A DNA stretch of 64,000 bases from the NCBI GenBank assembly GCA_963844205.1, contig CAWJNK010000017.1, positions 31,603 through 95,602 on the forward strand, read 5' to 3'. Origin of the DNA: an uncultured Solirubrobacteraceae bacterium. GTDB lineage: Bacteria; Actinomycetota; Thermoleophilia; Solirubrobacterales; Solirubrobacteraceae. The translations under genes were made by a program, and so were the position numbers. How positions within the stretch are numbered: position 1 is the stretch's first letter; each line of letters begins with the position of its first letter. Below, one piece after another: positions 53,612-61,974 of the stretch. The notes under the pieces were generated by a model that was given only the letters and a program-made list of their open reading frames with translations, ran no database searches and was not told the origin of the DNA.

Positions 53612-55141
53612 ATGGGCGGATCGCGCAAGGTCGGCGCCATCACCTATCGAGAGGCGGACCAGGCGTACTTCGACAAACGCCAGCTCCGCCGACACGCGGG
53701 TGTGTGGTCCCTGTGGGCGCTGGGCGTGGCGGCCGTCATCTCCGGCGACTTCTTCGGCTGGAACTTCGGTCTCGCGTACGGCTTCGGCGGCCTGCTGGTG
53801 GCGACCGTGGTCATCACGATCATGTACTTCGGGCTCTGCTACTCGATCGCCGAGATGTCGCCTGCGCTGCCGCATACCGGCGGCGCCTACTCGTTCGCGC
53901 GCTCGGCGATGGGCCCGTGGGGCGGGTTCTCGACCGGCGTGGCCGAGACGATCGAGTACGTCGTCACGCCGGCGGTCGTGGTGGTCGGCATCGGCGCCTA
54001 CATGGGCACGATCAGTGAGGACCTGTTCTCTCTGACGATCTCCCAGCCGGTCTGGTGGCTGATCTTCTACGCGATCTTCGTCGGCCTGAACTTCATCGGG
54101 GTGGAGGCGAGCTTCCGCTTCACGGTCGTCATCTGCGTGCTGTCGCTCGCGATCCTGGCCGTGTTCTTCGTCGGCGCGCTCACGAAGCTGGACTTCACGC
54201 GCTGGGCGATCGACTCCAACGGCGGCAACTGGTTCATCGACGGCGTGCCCGGCGTGTTCTACGCGTTGCCGTTCGCGATCTGGTTCTACCTCGCGATCGA
54301 GGAGCTGCCACTCGCGGCGGAGGAGTCGGCGGACCCCGTCCGCGACATCCCGCGCGGGACGATCTGGGGCCTGGTGACCCTGGTCGTCTGCGGCTTCCTG
54401 GTCCTGTTCCTGAACTCCGGCATCGCGCCGGGCGCGGGCCCGCTCAGCGAGTCGTCCGAGCCGTTGCTCGAGGGTCTCACGACCATCTTCGGCTCCGGCA
54501 CGTCGGCATCGCTGCTCGGCCTCGTGGCGGTCGCCGGCCTGGTCGCCAGCTTCCACACGATCATCTTCGCCTACGGGCGCAACATCTTCTCGCTGTCGCG
54601 CGCGGGCTACTACCCGCACGCGCTGTCGGTCACCCACGGGACGCGGCAGACGCCGCACGTCGCTTTGATACTCGGCGCGGTCCTGGGCTGGATCGCCGCC
54701 TACATCATCTACAAGAAGGGCGATACCCAGGTCGGCGCCTCGCTGCTCTACATGGCCGTGTTCGGCGCCGTCATCTCGTACTTCATGCAGTGCGTGTCGT
54801 TCATCATGCTGCGGCGGCGGCTCCCGAACATCTCGCGCCCGTACCGCAGCCCGGTCGGAGAATGGGGCGCGGCGATCGCGGGCGTCATCGCGCTGTGCTC
54901 GCTCGGGGCCATCCTCTACAACGAGGAGTACCGCCCCGGCGTGTACGGCGTCGCGATCGTCTACCTCGTCGCCCTGGCGTACTTCGCGGTGGCCGGCCGC
55001 CACAAGCTGGTCCTGTCGCCCGAGGAGCAGTTCGCCATGACCAGCGGCGAGCACGGGCGGCCGGAGCTCGAGGGCTATGGCGGAACGCGCGTCGAGGAGG
55101 TCGCGGAGGGGCCGACGGAGCCGCCACGCGTGCCCAAGTGA
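53612..55141 (+). CDS. ethanolamine permease (APC superfamily)
   Basis: AAGGAGG lies 6 nt upstream of the ATG. It has 12-TM APC topology, and the N-terminal block LRRHAGVWSLWALGVAAVISGDFFGWNFG is typical of Eat-type permeases. Confidence 0.8.
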   Translation: MGGSRKVGAITYREADQAYFDKRQLRRHAGVWSLWALGVAAVISGDFFGWNFGLAYGFGGLLVATVVITIMYFGLCYSIAEMSPALPHTGGAYSFARSAMGPWGGFSTGVAETIEYVVTPAVVVVGIGAYMGTISEDLFSLTISQPVWWLIFYAIFVGLNFIGVEASFRFTVVICVLSLAILAVFFVGALTKLDFTRWAIDSNGGNWFIDGVPGVFYALPFAIWFYLAIEELPLAAEESADPVRDIPRGTIWGLVTLVVCGFLVLFLNSGIAPGAGPLSESSEPLLEGLTTIFGSGTSASLLGLVAVAGLVASFHTIIFAYGRNIFSLSRAGYYPHALSVTHGTRQTPHVALILGAVLGWIAAYIIYKKGDTQVGASLLYMAVFGAVISYFMQCVSFIMLRRRLPNISRPYRSPVGEWGAAIAGVIALCSLGAILYNEEYRPGVYGVAIVYLVALAYFAVAGRHKLVLSPEEQFAMTSGEHGRPELEGYGGTRVEEVAEGPTEPPRVPK

Positions 55142-55149
55142 CGCTGGGC

Positions 55150-55178
55150 GAGCGGCGTTGTGCGGGTCAGCGCCGCTC
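55150..55178. terminator. weak hairpin between convergent permease and ACAD genes
   Basis: GAGCGGCG (55150-55157) and CGCCGCTC (55171-55178) form an 8-bp stem with a 13-nt loop. There is no U-tract. Confidence 0.25.
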
Positions 55179-55226
55179 GATCTCCTGGTCGACGACGACG
55201 ACGTGCGTGATCGGCACGTCGAGTGG

Positions 55227-56426
55227 TCAGATCTTGTGGCGCCTCAGCAGCGTGCGCCCGATCACCATGCGCTGGATCTCGGACGTGCCCTCGCCGATCA
55301 GCAGCAGCGGCGCGTCGCGGTATAGCCGCTCGATCTCGTACTCCTTCGAGTAGCCGTAGCCGCCATGGATCCGGAACGCGTCCTCGACGACCTCCTTGCC
55401 CGCCTCGGAGGCGAACAGCTTCGCCATCCCGGCCTCGAGGTCGCTGCGCTCGCCGGCGTCCTTCATCCGCGCGGCCTTGAGCGTGAGCAGCCGCGCGGCC
55501 TCGACCTTGGTGGCCATGTCGGCGAGCTTGAACTGGATCGCCTGATGCTGGGCGATCGGCTTGCCGAACGTCCGGCGCTCCTGTGAGTACCGCAGCGCGA
55601 GCTCGAGCGCGCGCTGGGCGATGCCGACGCCCCGGGCCGCGACGTTGACCCGCCCGACCTCGAGCGCGTCCATCATCTGCGGGAAGCCCTTGTTGAGCCC
55701 CGCGTCCTCGCCGCCGAGGATCATGTCCGCCGGGCAGCGGTAGCCGTCGAAGACCAGCTCGGTCGACTCGACGCCCTTGTAGCCGAGCTTGCGGATCTGC
55801 GGCGGGACGGTCAGGCCGGGATTCTCGGCCGCGCCCGGCTCCTTCTCGCAGATGAAGCAGGTCATGCCCTTCTGCGGGGTCTCGGACTCGCGATCGGTGC
55901 GGACGAGCACGAACACGAGGCCGGAGCGCAGGCCGTTCGTGACCCACATCTTCTGGCCGTTGATCTCCCAGTCCCCGTCGGCGGTCTTGACCCCCGACGT
56001 CTTGATCGCCGCCACGTCGGACCCCAGCTCGGGCTCGGACAGGCTGAACGCGGCGCGGATCTCGCCGGTCGCCATCCGCGGCAGCAGGCGCTGCCGCTGC
56101 TCCTCGGTCCCGAACTTCATCAGCAGGTAGGAGCCGATGAAGTGCGTGTTCACCACGCCCGAGATCGAGATCCAGCCGCGCGAGATCTCCTCGACGATCA
56201 TCGCGTACGTCGTCAGGTCGAGCCCCATCCCGCCGTACTCCTCGGGGATCGTGGTCCCGAACAGGCCGAGCTCCTTCATCTGCTCGACGATCGGCTCCGG
56301 GAACTCGTCCTCGTGGTCGTAGTGCTCGGCCTTGGGGAGGATCTGCTCGTCGACGAACTGGCGGACCATCTCCAGGATCGCCTTCTGCTCGTCGGTCTTC
56401 TCGTAGAAGGGGGTGGCGAGGGCCAT
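55227..56426 (-). CDS. acyl-CoA dehydrogenase
   Basis: The internal ATG at 56424-56426 gives 399 aa. Blocks are AAFSLSEPELGSDVAA, WVTNG, QRRTFGKPIAQHQAIQFKLADM and YRDAPLLLIGEGTSEIQ. Confidence 0.9.
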   Translation of the reverse strand: MALATPFYEKTDEQKAILEMVRQFVDEQILPKAEHYDHEDEFPEPIVEQMKELGLFGTTIPEEYGGMGLDLTTYAMIVEEISRGWISISGVVNTHFIGSYLLMKFGTEEQRQRLLPRMATGEIRAAFSLSEPELGSDVAAIKTSGVKTADGDWEINGQKMWVTNGLRSGLVFVLVRTDRESETPQKGMTCFICEKEPGAAENPGLTVPPQIRKLGYKGVESTELVFDGYRCPADMILGGEDAGLNKGFPQMMDALEVGRVNVAARGVGIAQRALELALRYSQERRTFGKPIAQHQAIQFKLADMATKVEAARLLTLKAARMKDAGERSDLEAGMAKLFASEAGKEVVEDAFRIHGGYGYSKEYEIERLYRDAPLLLIGEGTSEIQRMVIGRTLLRRHKI

Positions 56427-56481
56427 GGCGGCGAGGATATCCCTGGCCGCGGGTCGTGCGTCCCGGTTACGCTTGCGCGCC

Positions 56482-57927
56482 GTGAACTTCGCCCGCGATG
56501 TTGTTGACGCTGCGCCGCAGCGCAACCGGGCGCTGGTCGAGCTGACCCGTGAGGGCGGGCGCCGTGAGTGGTCGTTCGGCGAGGTCGCCGCCGGCGCCGG
56601 GGCTGTTGCGGCGCGGTTCGAGCACGAGGGGCTGCGGCGCGGCGACGTGGTGCTGACGCTGGTCGGCAACCGGCCCGAGTGGGCGCTCGCGATGGTCGCC
56701 TGCTTCCGGCTCGGGCTGGTCGCGCTGCCGTGCACCGAGCAGCTGCGGCCGAAGGACCTCGAGCTGCGCCTGCGCGTGGCCCAGCCGCGGCTCGTCGTGT
56801 GCGACGAGCGCAACGCCGACGTGCTGTCGGCGGCCGGCTGGGACGGGCCGACGCTGTGGGCGCCGTGGGGCGAGCTGCCGGACGGAGCGGCGCCGCCCGC
56901 CGCGGACCTCGAGCCCGGCGACCCGTGCCTGATCACGTTCACGTCCGGCACCGCCGGAGAGCCGAAGGCGGTGCTGCACGGTCAGCGCTACCTCGCCGGC
57001 CAGATGCTGCAGGCGCGCCACTGGCTCGACGCCCGGCCGGGTGATCTCGTCTGGTGCACGGCCGCGTCCGGCTGGTCGAAGTCCGCCCGCAACGCGTTCG
57101 TGGCGCCGTGGCTGCGCGGCGCGGCGGCGCTCCTGCACGACGCGCGGTTCGACCCGCACGAGCGGCTCGAGCTGCTCGAGCGCGAGCGGGTCGACCTGCT
57201 GTGCATGGCGCCGACGGAGTACCGCCTGATCGCCAAGCGCGGCACGCTGCGCGGGTTGCTGGACCTGCGCGGCGCCGTGTCGGCCGGCGAGGCGCTCAAC
57301 CCCGAGGTGCTCGGCGCCTGGCGCGAGGCGACCGGCGTCTGGATCCGCGACGGCTACGGCCAGACCGAGACCGGCCAGCTCACCGGGATGCCGCTCGGGA
57401 TCCCCGCCCGGCCCGGGTCGATGGGCATCCCGCTGCCCGGCGTCCGGCTCGACGTCGACGACGGCGAGCTCGTCGCCGACCCCACGACGATCCCCACCTT
57501 CTTCCTCGGCTACCTCGGCGAGCCGCCGCCGCCCGCGGGGCCGAGCGCGCTGTGGCGCACCGGCGACCGCGTGGAGCGGGACGAGCAGGGGTTCCTCCAC
57601 TTCGTCGGCCGCACCGACGACGTGATCGTCTCCGCCGGCTACCGGATCGGCCCGTTCGAGGTCGAGTCCGCGCTCGTCTCCCACCCCGCAGTGGCCGAGG
57701 CGGCCGTGGTCGCCGCGCCCGACGACGAGCGCGGCAGCGTCGTCCGCGCCGTCGTCGTCCTGCGCGACGGGCACGACCCCTCGGACGCGCTCGCGAGCGA
57801 GCTCCAGGACCACGTCAAGGCCCAGACCGCGCCCTACAAGTACCCCCGGATCGTCGACTTCGCCGCCGAGCTGCCCAAAACCGCCTCGGGCAAAGTCATC
57901 AGACGCGCGATTCGAGAACGCAGTTAG
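56482..57927 (+). CDS. AMP-forming acyl-CoA synthetase (medium-chain/ACSM-like)
   Basis: Motifs ITFTSGTAGEPKAV, DGYGQTETG, TGDRVERDEQGFLHFVGRTDDVI and PKTASGKVIRR. The start is taken as the GTG at 56482 (VNFARDVV); the ORF track start at 56413 would overlap the divergent ACAD start. Confidence 0.85.
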   Translation: MNFARDVVDAAPQRNRALVELTREGGRREWSFGEVAAGAGAVAARFEHEGLRRGDVVLTLVGNRPEWALAMVACFRLGLVALPCTEQLRPKDLELRLRVAQPRLVVCDERNADVLSAAGWDGPTLWAPWGELPDGAAPPAADLEPGDPCLITFTSGTAGEPKAVLHGQRYLAGQMLQARHWLDARPGDLVWCTAASGWSKSARNAFVAPWLRGAAALLHDARFDPHERLELLERERVDLLCMAPTEYRLIAKRGTLRGLLDLRGAVSAGEALNPEVLGAWREATGVWIRDGYGQTETGQLTGMPLGIPARPGSMGIPLPGVRLDVDDGELVADPTTIPTFFLGYLGEPPPPAGPSALWRTGDRVERDEQGFLHFVGRTDDVIVSAGYRIGPFEVESALVSHPAVAEAAVVAAPDDERGSVVRAVVVLRDGHDPSDALASELQDHVKAQTAPYKYPRIVDFAAELPKTASGKVIRRAIRERS

Positions 57928-58011
57928 AAGGGCGAAGTCCGGTTACGGCGGGCCGGATGCCCGACGTCCCCATCAGAACGCGGTCCGGACGACCCGCGGA
58001 GCAACCCCTTG

Positions 58012-58068
58012 CCACCCCCCATATGCGAAGGGCCCGCCAAAAGGCGGGCCCTTCAACATGGGGGGTGG
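58012..58068. terminator. 57-nt extended GC hairpin (two stacked perfect stems)
   Basis: The structure is CCACCCCCCAT-atgc-GAAGGGCCCGCC-aaaa-GGCGGGCCCTTC-aac-ATGGGGGGTGG. It lies 85 nt downstream of the acyl-CoA synthetase stop. No U-tract, so terminator function is an assumption. Confidence 0.5.
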
Positions 58069-58276
58069 CGGATGGCGGTGGGTCAGGCCGCGTCCGCCGC
58101 GGCCGGGATCACTGGTAAGGCGATCCTCGGAGGGGGGATATGCGCAACGTCCGTGTCGCTTGGTGCATAGTGCGGCAGGCCGATTGGCGAAACGTTGGCG
58201 TGACCTTGGCGCCGCCTGAACGGATGGCGGGTTAACCGCCCGACCCGGCGCCGGAGGCGCGGATACGCTGCTTCGC

Positions 58277-59665
58277 ATGACGACGATCGAGCCCGCCGCG
58301 ACACGCATCGACCGCGACCGCGTGGCCGCGCTGCTCGAACGCCAGCGCGCCACACACCGCGAGCGCACGGCCGGCTCGGGGCGGATGTACGAGCGCGCGT
58401 CCGCCGTCATGCCCGGTGGTGTCCCCTCCCAGTTCCAGTCGGGCGACCCGTGGCCGGTCTACCTCGAGCGCGGCGCGGGCGCGCGCGTGTGGGACGTCGA
58501 CGGGAACGAGTACCTGGACTTCCACAACGGCTTCGGCGTCATGTGCGTCGGCCACGCCAATCCCGTCATCGCCGCCGCGGTCAAGGCGCAGATGGACGAC
58601 GGCAGCCACTTCGCGGCGCCCACCGAGGGCTCGATCGTCGTCGCCGAGGAGCTCCGCCGCCGCTGGGGCCTCCCCCACTGGCGCTTCACGAACTCCGGCA
58701 CCGAGTCGACGATGGACGCGATCCACCTCGCCCGCGCCGCGACCGGCCGCGACGTGATCGTGAAGATCGAGGGCACCTACCACGGCCATCACGACGCCGT
58801 GATGGTCTCGGTGAAGCCGCCGCCCGCCCTGATGGGCGACCGCGAGCGGCCCGCGTCGGTGCCCTACGGCGAGGGCTACCCCGAGGCGCTGACCGGCCTC
58901 ACCCGCGTCGTCCCGTTCAACGACGCCGAGGCGCTCGCCCGCCTCCTCGAGGAGCTCGACGGCCAGGTCGCCGGCCTGATCATCGAGCCGGCGATGATGA
59001 ACGTGAACATCGTCCCGCCCGTGGCCGGCTACCTCGAGCGCGTGCGCGAGCTCACCCGCGAGCACGGCGCGACGCTGATCTTCGACGAGGTCAAGACCGG
59101 CGCCGCGGTGGCTGCGGGCGGCGCCACCGAGCTCTACGGCGTCACGCCCGACGTCGTGTGCCTGGCCAAGGCGATCTGCGGCGGCCTGCCGGGCGGCGCG
59201 ATCGGCATGACCGGCGCGCTGGCGGAGCTGGTCGCCGACGGGCGCGTGCGCCAGCAGGGCACGTTCAACGGCAACCCGCTCGTGATGGCCGCCGCGCAAG
59301 CGACGCTCACCCAGGTGCTCGACGACGCCGCCTACCAGCGCCTGCACGCCGCCAACCGCTCGCTGATGGCCGGCTGCGAGCGCGTGATCGCCGAGTACGG
59401 CCTGCCCGCGCACACCGTCGGCATGGGCTCGAAGGGCTGCGTGGTGTTCGCCACCGAGCCGGTCCGCGAGTACCGCGACTACCTGACCAAGATCCACCAC
59501 GACCTGTCCGACCTCGCGTGGCTCTACCACATGAACCACGGGATCTTCATGACTCCTGGCCAGGACGAGGAGTGGACGCTGTCGGTGCTGCACACCGACG
59601 CCGACCTTTCCCGCTACGTCGAGGTGTTCGAGACCTTCGCGCGCGACGTCACGTCGGCCGGCTGA
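58277..59665 (+). CDS. class III (GSA-aminomutase-like) pyridoxal-phosphate aminotransferase
   Basis: 462 aa. Blocks are DVDGNEYLDFHNGFG, FTNSGTESTMDAIHLAR, LIFDEVKTG (PLP Lys) and GTFNGNPL. Confidence 0.85.
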   Translation: MTTIEPAATRIDRDRVAALLERQRATHRERTAGSGRMYERASAVMPGGVPSQFQSGDPWPVYLERGAGARVWDVDGNEYLDFHNGFGVMCVGHANPVIAAAVKAQMDDGSHFAAPTEGSIVVAEELRRRWGLPHWRFTNSGTESTMDAIHLARAATGRDVIVKIEGTYHGHHDAVMVSVKPPPALMGDRERPASVPYGEGYPEALTGLTRVVPFNDAEALARLLEELDGQVAGLIIEPAMMNVNIVPPVAGYLERVRELTREHGATLIFDEVKTGAAVAAGGATELYGVTPDVVCLAKAICGGLPGGAIGMTGALAELVADGRVRQQGTFNGNPLVMAAAQATLTQVLDDAAYQRLHAANRSLMAGCERVIAEYGLPAHTVGMGSKGCVVFATEPVREYRDYLTKIHHDLSDLAWLYHMNHGIFMTPGQDEEWTLSVLHTDADLSRYVEVFETFARDVTSAG

Positions 59666-61245
59666 TCCGCCGGGGGCAGGTGGCTCATCGCGTGCTCGGC
59701 CAGCGCGGTGATGGTGAGGCTCGGGTTGACGCCGACGTTGGCCGGTACCGCCGCGCCGTCGCACACGAGCAGGTTCTCGTAGCCGAACACGCGCTGGCGG
59801 GCGTCGACGACGCCGGCTGACCGATCCGCGCCGATCGCGGCTCCGCCGAGCACGTGCGCGGTCGTCGCGAGGTTCGCCACCGCCTCCATCACGGCCGTCT
59901 GCGCGATGCCGCCGGTACGCCGCGCGAGCCAGGCGGCGAAGACGTTGGCGATGGGGATGTAGGTCGGGATCGGCCGCGCGGGGTCCTGCTCGGTCTGCAG
60001 CCGCGCGCCGCGGCGCGTCCGCCGCGCGCGGAACGCGATCGCGTTGTCGAGCGTCTGCATCACGAGCACGATGATCGTGCGGCGCGACCAGCCGCGCGGG
60101 TCGAGCAGCCTCAGGAACGTGATCGGGTGGCGCGCTGCCGCGCCGGCGAGCTTCAGCGGCCGCGTGACCCGCGTCCCGTCGCCCACCAGGACCGTGTAGA
60201 GCGCGCTCATCGAGTCCGCCGCGTCGCCGTACACGACGGTCTCGATGTGGGTCTCCGGGTCGGGGTAGATCGAGCCCGTGATCGCGACGCGGCGCTGGAT
60301 GTCCGGCGCATCGGGCGGGAGCGTGACCGCGAGGATCGCCTCCGAGTTCGTGCGCACGAGGTCGCCGAGGCGGTCGGACAGCCGCGGCAGCGAGCCGTGC
60401 AGCTTGCACGAGGCGAGGAGCCTGTTGGTGCCCAGCGCGCCCGCCGCGAACACCACGCCCCGGGCCGTGAACGTGCGCCGGCGGCGACGCAGCCAGGCGC
60501 CGGGATGCTCGGTCGTGACCTCGTAGCCCTCCGAGCCGTCGGACGCACCGAGCGGCTTGACGTCCACCACCATCCGCTCGGGAAAGACGTCGGCGCCGGC
60601 GCGCTCGGCCAGCCACAGGTAGTTCTTGACCAGCGTGTTCTTGGCGCCGTGCGGGCAGCCGATCATGCAGCGCCCGCAGCGCAGGCACGCCGTCCGGTCC
60701 GGCCCTGCGCCGCCGAAGTACGGGTCGGGGACCCGCTCCCCGGGGCTGCCGTCGAGCAGCACGCCGACGCGCGTCTTCGCGTAGGTGTCCTCCACCCCGA
60801 TCTCGCGGGCGAACTCGCGCAGCAGGTCGTCGGCGTGGTCATCCTGGTCGTAGGCGACGACGCCGAGCATCCGCTCCGCCTCGTCGTAGTGCGGGGCGAG
60901 CGCGGTCTCCCAGTCGGCGAGCCCGGACCACTGGGGGTCCTCGTAGAAGCGCCGGCGCGCCCGGTACAGCGTGTTCGCGTAGCCCAGCGACCCGCCGCCG
61001 ACGCCGGAGCCCGACACGATCGCGACGTCCTTGAACGTCGACAGCCGGAAGATGCCGCGCATGCCCAGCCGCGGCGCCCAGAAGTAGCGCCGCAGGTCCC
61101 AGGTCGAGCGCGGGAAGTCGTCGTCGCCGAAGCGGCGCCCGCACTCGAGCACGCCGACCGAGTAGCCCTTCTCGCGCAGCCGCAGCGCCGAGACGCTGCC
61201 GCCGAAGCCCGACCCGACGACCAGCCAGTCGTAGTCGTGCGTCAC
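59614..61245 (-). CDS. GMC-family FAD oxidoreductase (cholesterol oxidase-like)
   Basis: The GTG at 61243-61245 overlaps the tetR stop (GTGA). The N-terminus has YDWLVVGSGFGGS and the C-terminus has LLVCDGAAVPANVGVNPSLTITALAE. The upstream part of ORF 59614..61653 is off-frame junk over tetR. Confidence 0.85.
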   Translation of the reverse strand: MTHDYDWLVVGSGFGGSVSALRLREKGYSVGVLECGRRFGDDDFPRSTWDLRRYFWAPRLGMRGIFRLSTFKDVAIVSGSGVGGGSLGYANTLYRARRRFYEDPQWSGLADWETALAPHYDEAERMLGVVAYDQDDHADDLLREFAREIGVEDTYAKTRVGVLLDGSPGERVPDPYFGGAGPDRTACLRCGRCMIGCPHGAKNTLVKNYLWLAERAGADVFPERMVVDVKPLGASDGSEGYEVTTEHPGAWLRRRRRTFTARGVVFAAGALGTNRLLASCKLHGSLPRLSDRLGDLVRTNSEAILAVTLPPDAPDIQRRVAITGSIYPDPETHIETVVYGDAADSMSALYTVLVGDGTRVTRPLKLAGAAARHPITFLRLLDPRGWSRRTIIVLVMQTLDNAIAFRARRTRRGARLQTEQDPARPIPTYIPIANVFAAWLARRTGGIAQTAVMEAVANLATTAHVLGGAAIGADRSAGVVDARQRVFGYENLLVCDGAAVPANVGVNPSLTITALAEHAMSHLPPADQPADVTSRAKVSNTST

Positions 61246-61892
61246 GGCTTCCACTGCGCGAGCGCGTCCTGGAACTCGCGGACGTGCAGGGCCTCGACGG
61301 GGAGCGGCTCGAGGTCGTCGCGCGGGCGCAGGCCGTCGAGCACGATGGCCAGGTAGCGCTTGTAGAGATCGGGCTCCACGTCGCGCCCGAAGTCGACGAT
61401 GGTGTTGAGCATGAAGTTGATGAGCGGCACGTCGCTGACCGCGATGTCGCTGCGGACCGCGCCGGCCTCGAGCGCCCGCCGTACGAGCTTGGTGACCACG
61501 GGCGCGATCTGCTGCCGCGCCTGGACGCTGCGCTCGCGACCCCGGCCGGAGCTGAACAGGACGTCCTTGAGCCCGCGGTCCGCGGCCTGGAGCGCGAGCG
61601 CGCGCTCGAAGTAGCCGGCGAGCCCCCGCCACGGGTCGGGATCCTCGAGGCACTCGCGCGCGATCGCGCCGAGCTCGCCGATGCGGTCGACCATCAGCGC
61701 GTCAATCAGCGCGTCCTTGTTCGGGAAGCGCCGGTAGGCCGTGCCGGTGCCGACGCCGGCGTGGCGCGCGACGTCGTCGAGCGTCACGTCGAGCCCGCGG
61801 GTGGTGAACAGATCCTTGGCGGCCGTGAGCAGGCGCTGGCGGTTGCGCTCGGCGTCAGCGCGCAGCGGCGGGGCTGAAGGCTCGGTGCTCAC
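61242..61892 (-). CDS. TetR/AcrR-family transcriptional regulator
   Basis: HTH block LTAAKDLFTTRGLDVTLDDVARHAGVGTGTAYRRFPNKDAL. 216 aa. Confidence 0.9.
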   Translation of the reverse strand: MSTEPSAPPLRADAERNRQRLLTAAKDLFTTRGLDVTLDDVARHAGVGTGTAYRRFPNKDALIDALMVDRIGELGAIARECLEDPDPWRGLAGYFERALALQAADRGLKDVLFSSGRGRERSVQARQQIAPVVTKLVRRALEAGAVRSDIAVSDVPLINFMLNTIVDFGRDVEPDLYKRYLAIVLDGLRPRDDLEPLPVEALHVREFQDALAQWKP

Positions 61893-61910
61893 GCCTCCAT
61901 CCTAGAGAGT

Positions 61911-61958
61911 GGAGATGACATCTCCGGTTCTGATACCGTAACCGGAGATGTCATCTCC
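61911..61958. promoter_or_regulatory. nested palindromes; candidate TetR operator pair
   Basis: GGAGATGACATCTCCGGTT (61911-61929) and AACCGGAGATGTCATCTCC (61940-61958) are perfect 19-bp inverted repeats. Each contains its own 15-bp palindrome GGAGATGnCATCTCC. They lie between divergent tetR and the MFS gene. Confidence 0.6.
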
Positions 61959-61974
61959 GAATTGGAGTCTCCCC

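Noticed and set aside
57958-58118. Short ORF MPDVPIRTRSGRPAEQ... in the intergenic gap (tail of ORF 57054..58118)
   Set aside because: It has no RBS, is basic and low-complexity, and runs straight through the long hairpin. It is in the junk frame of the upstream gene.
57928-58276. Known small RNA genes (tRNA, SRP/4.5S RNA, 6C RNA) in the large intergenic gap
   Set aside because: There is no cloverleaf and no SRP GGAA/AGCA helix-8 motif. The C6/G6 runs pair with each other in a stem rather than sitting in hairpin loops as in 6C RNA.
58232-60688. 818-aa minus-strand ORF covering the aminotransferase and part of the GMC gene
   Set aside because: It is Arg/Gly/Ala junk, and it overlaps a plus-strand class III aminotransferase that has PLP-lysine and other conserved blocks.
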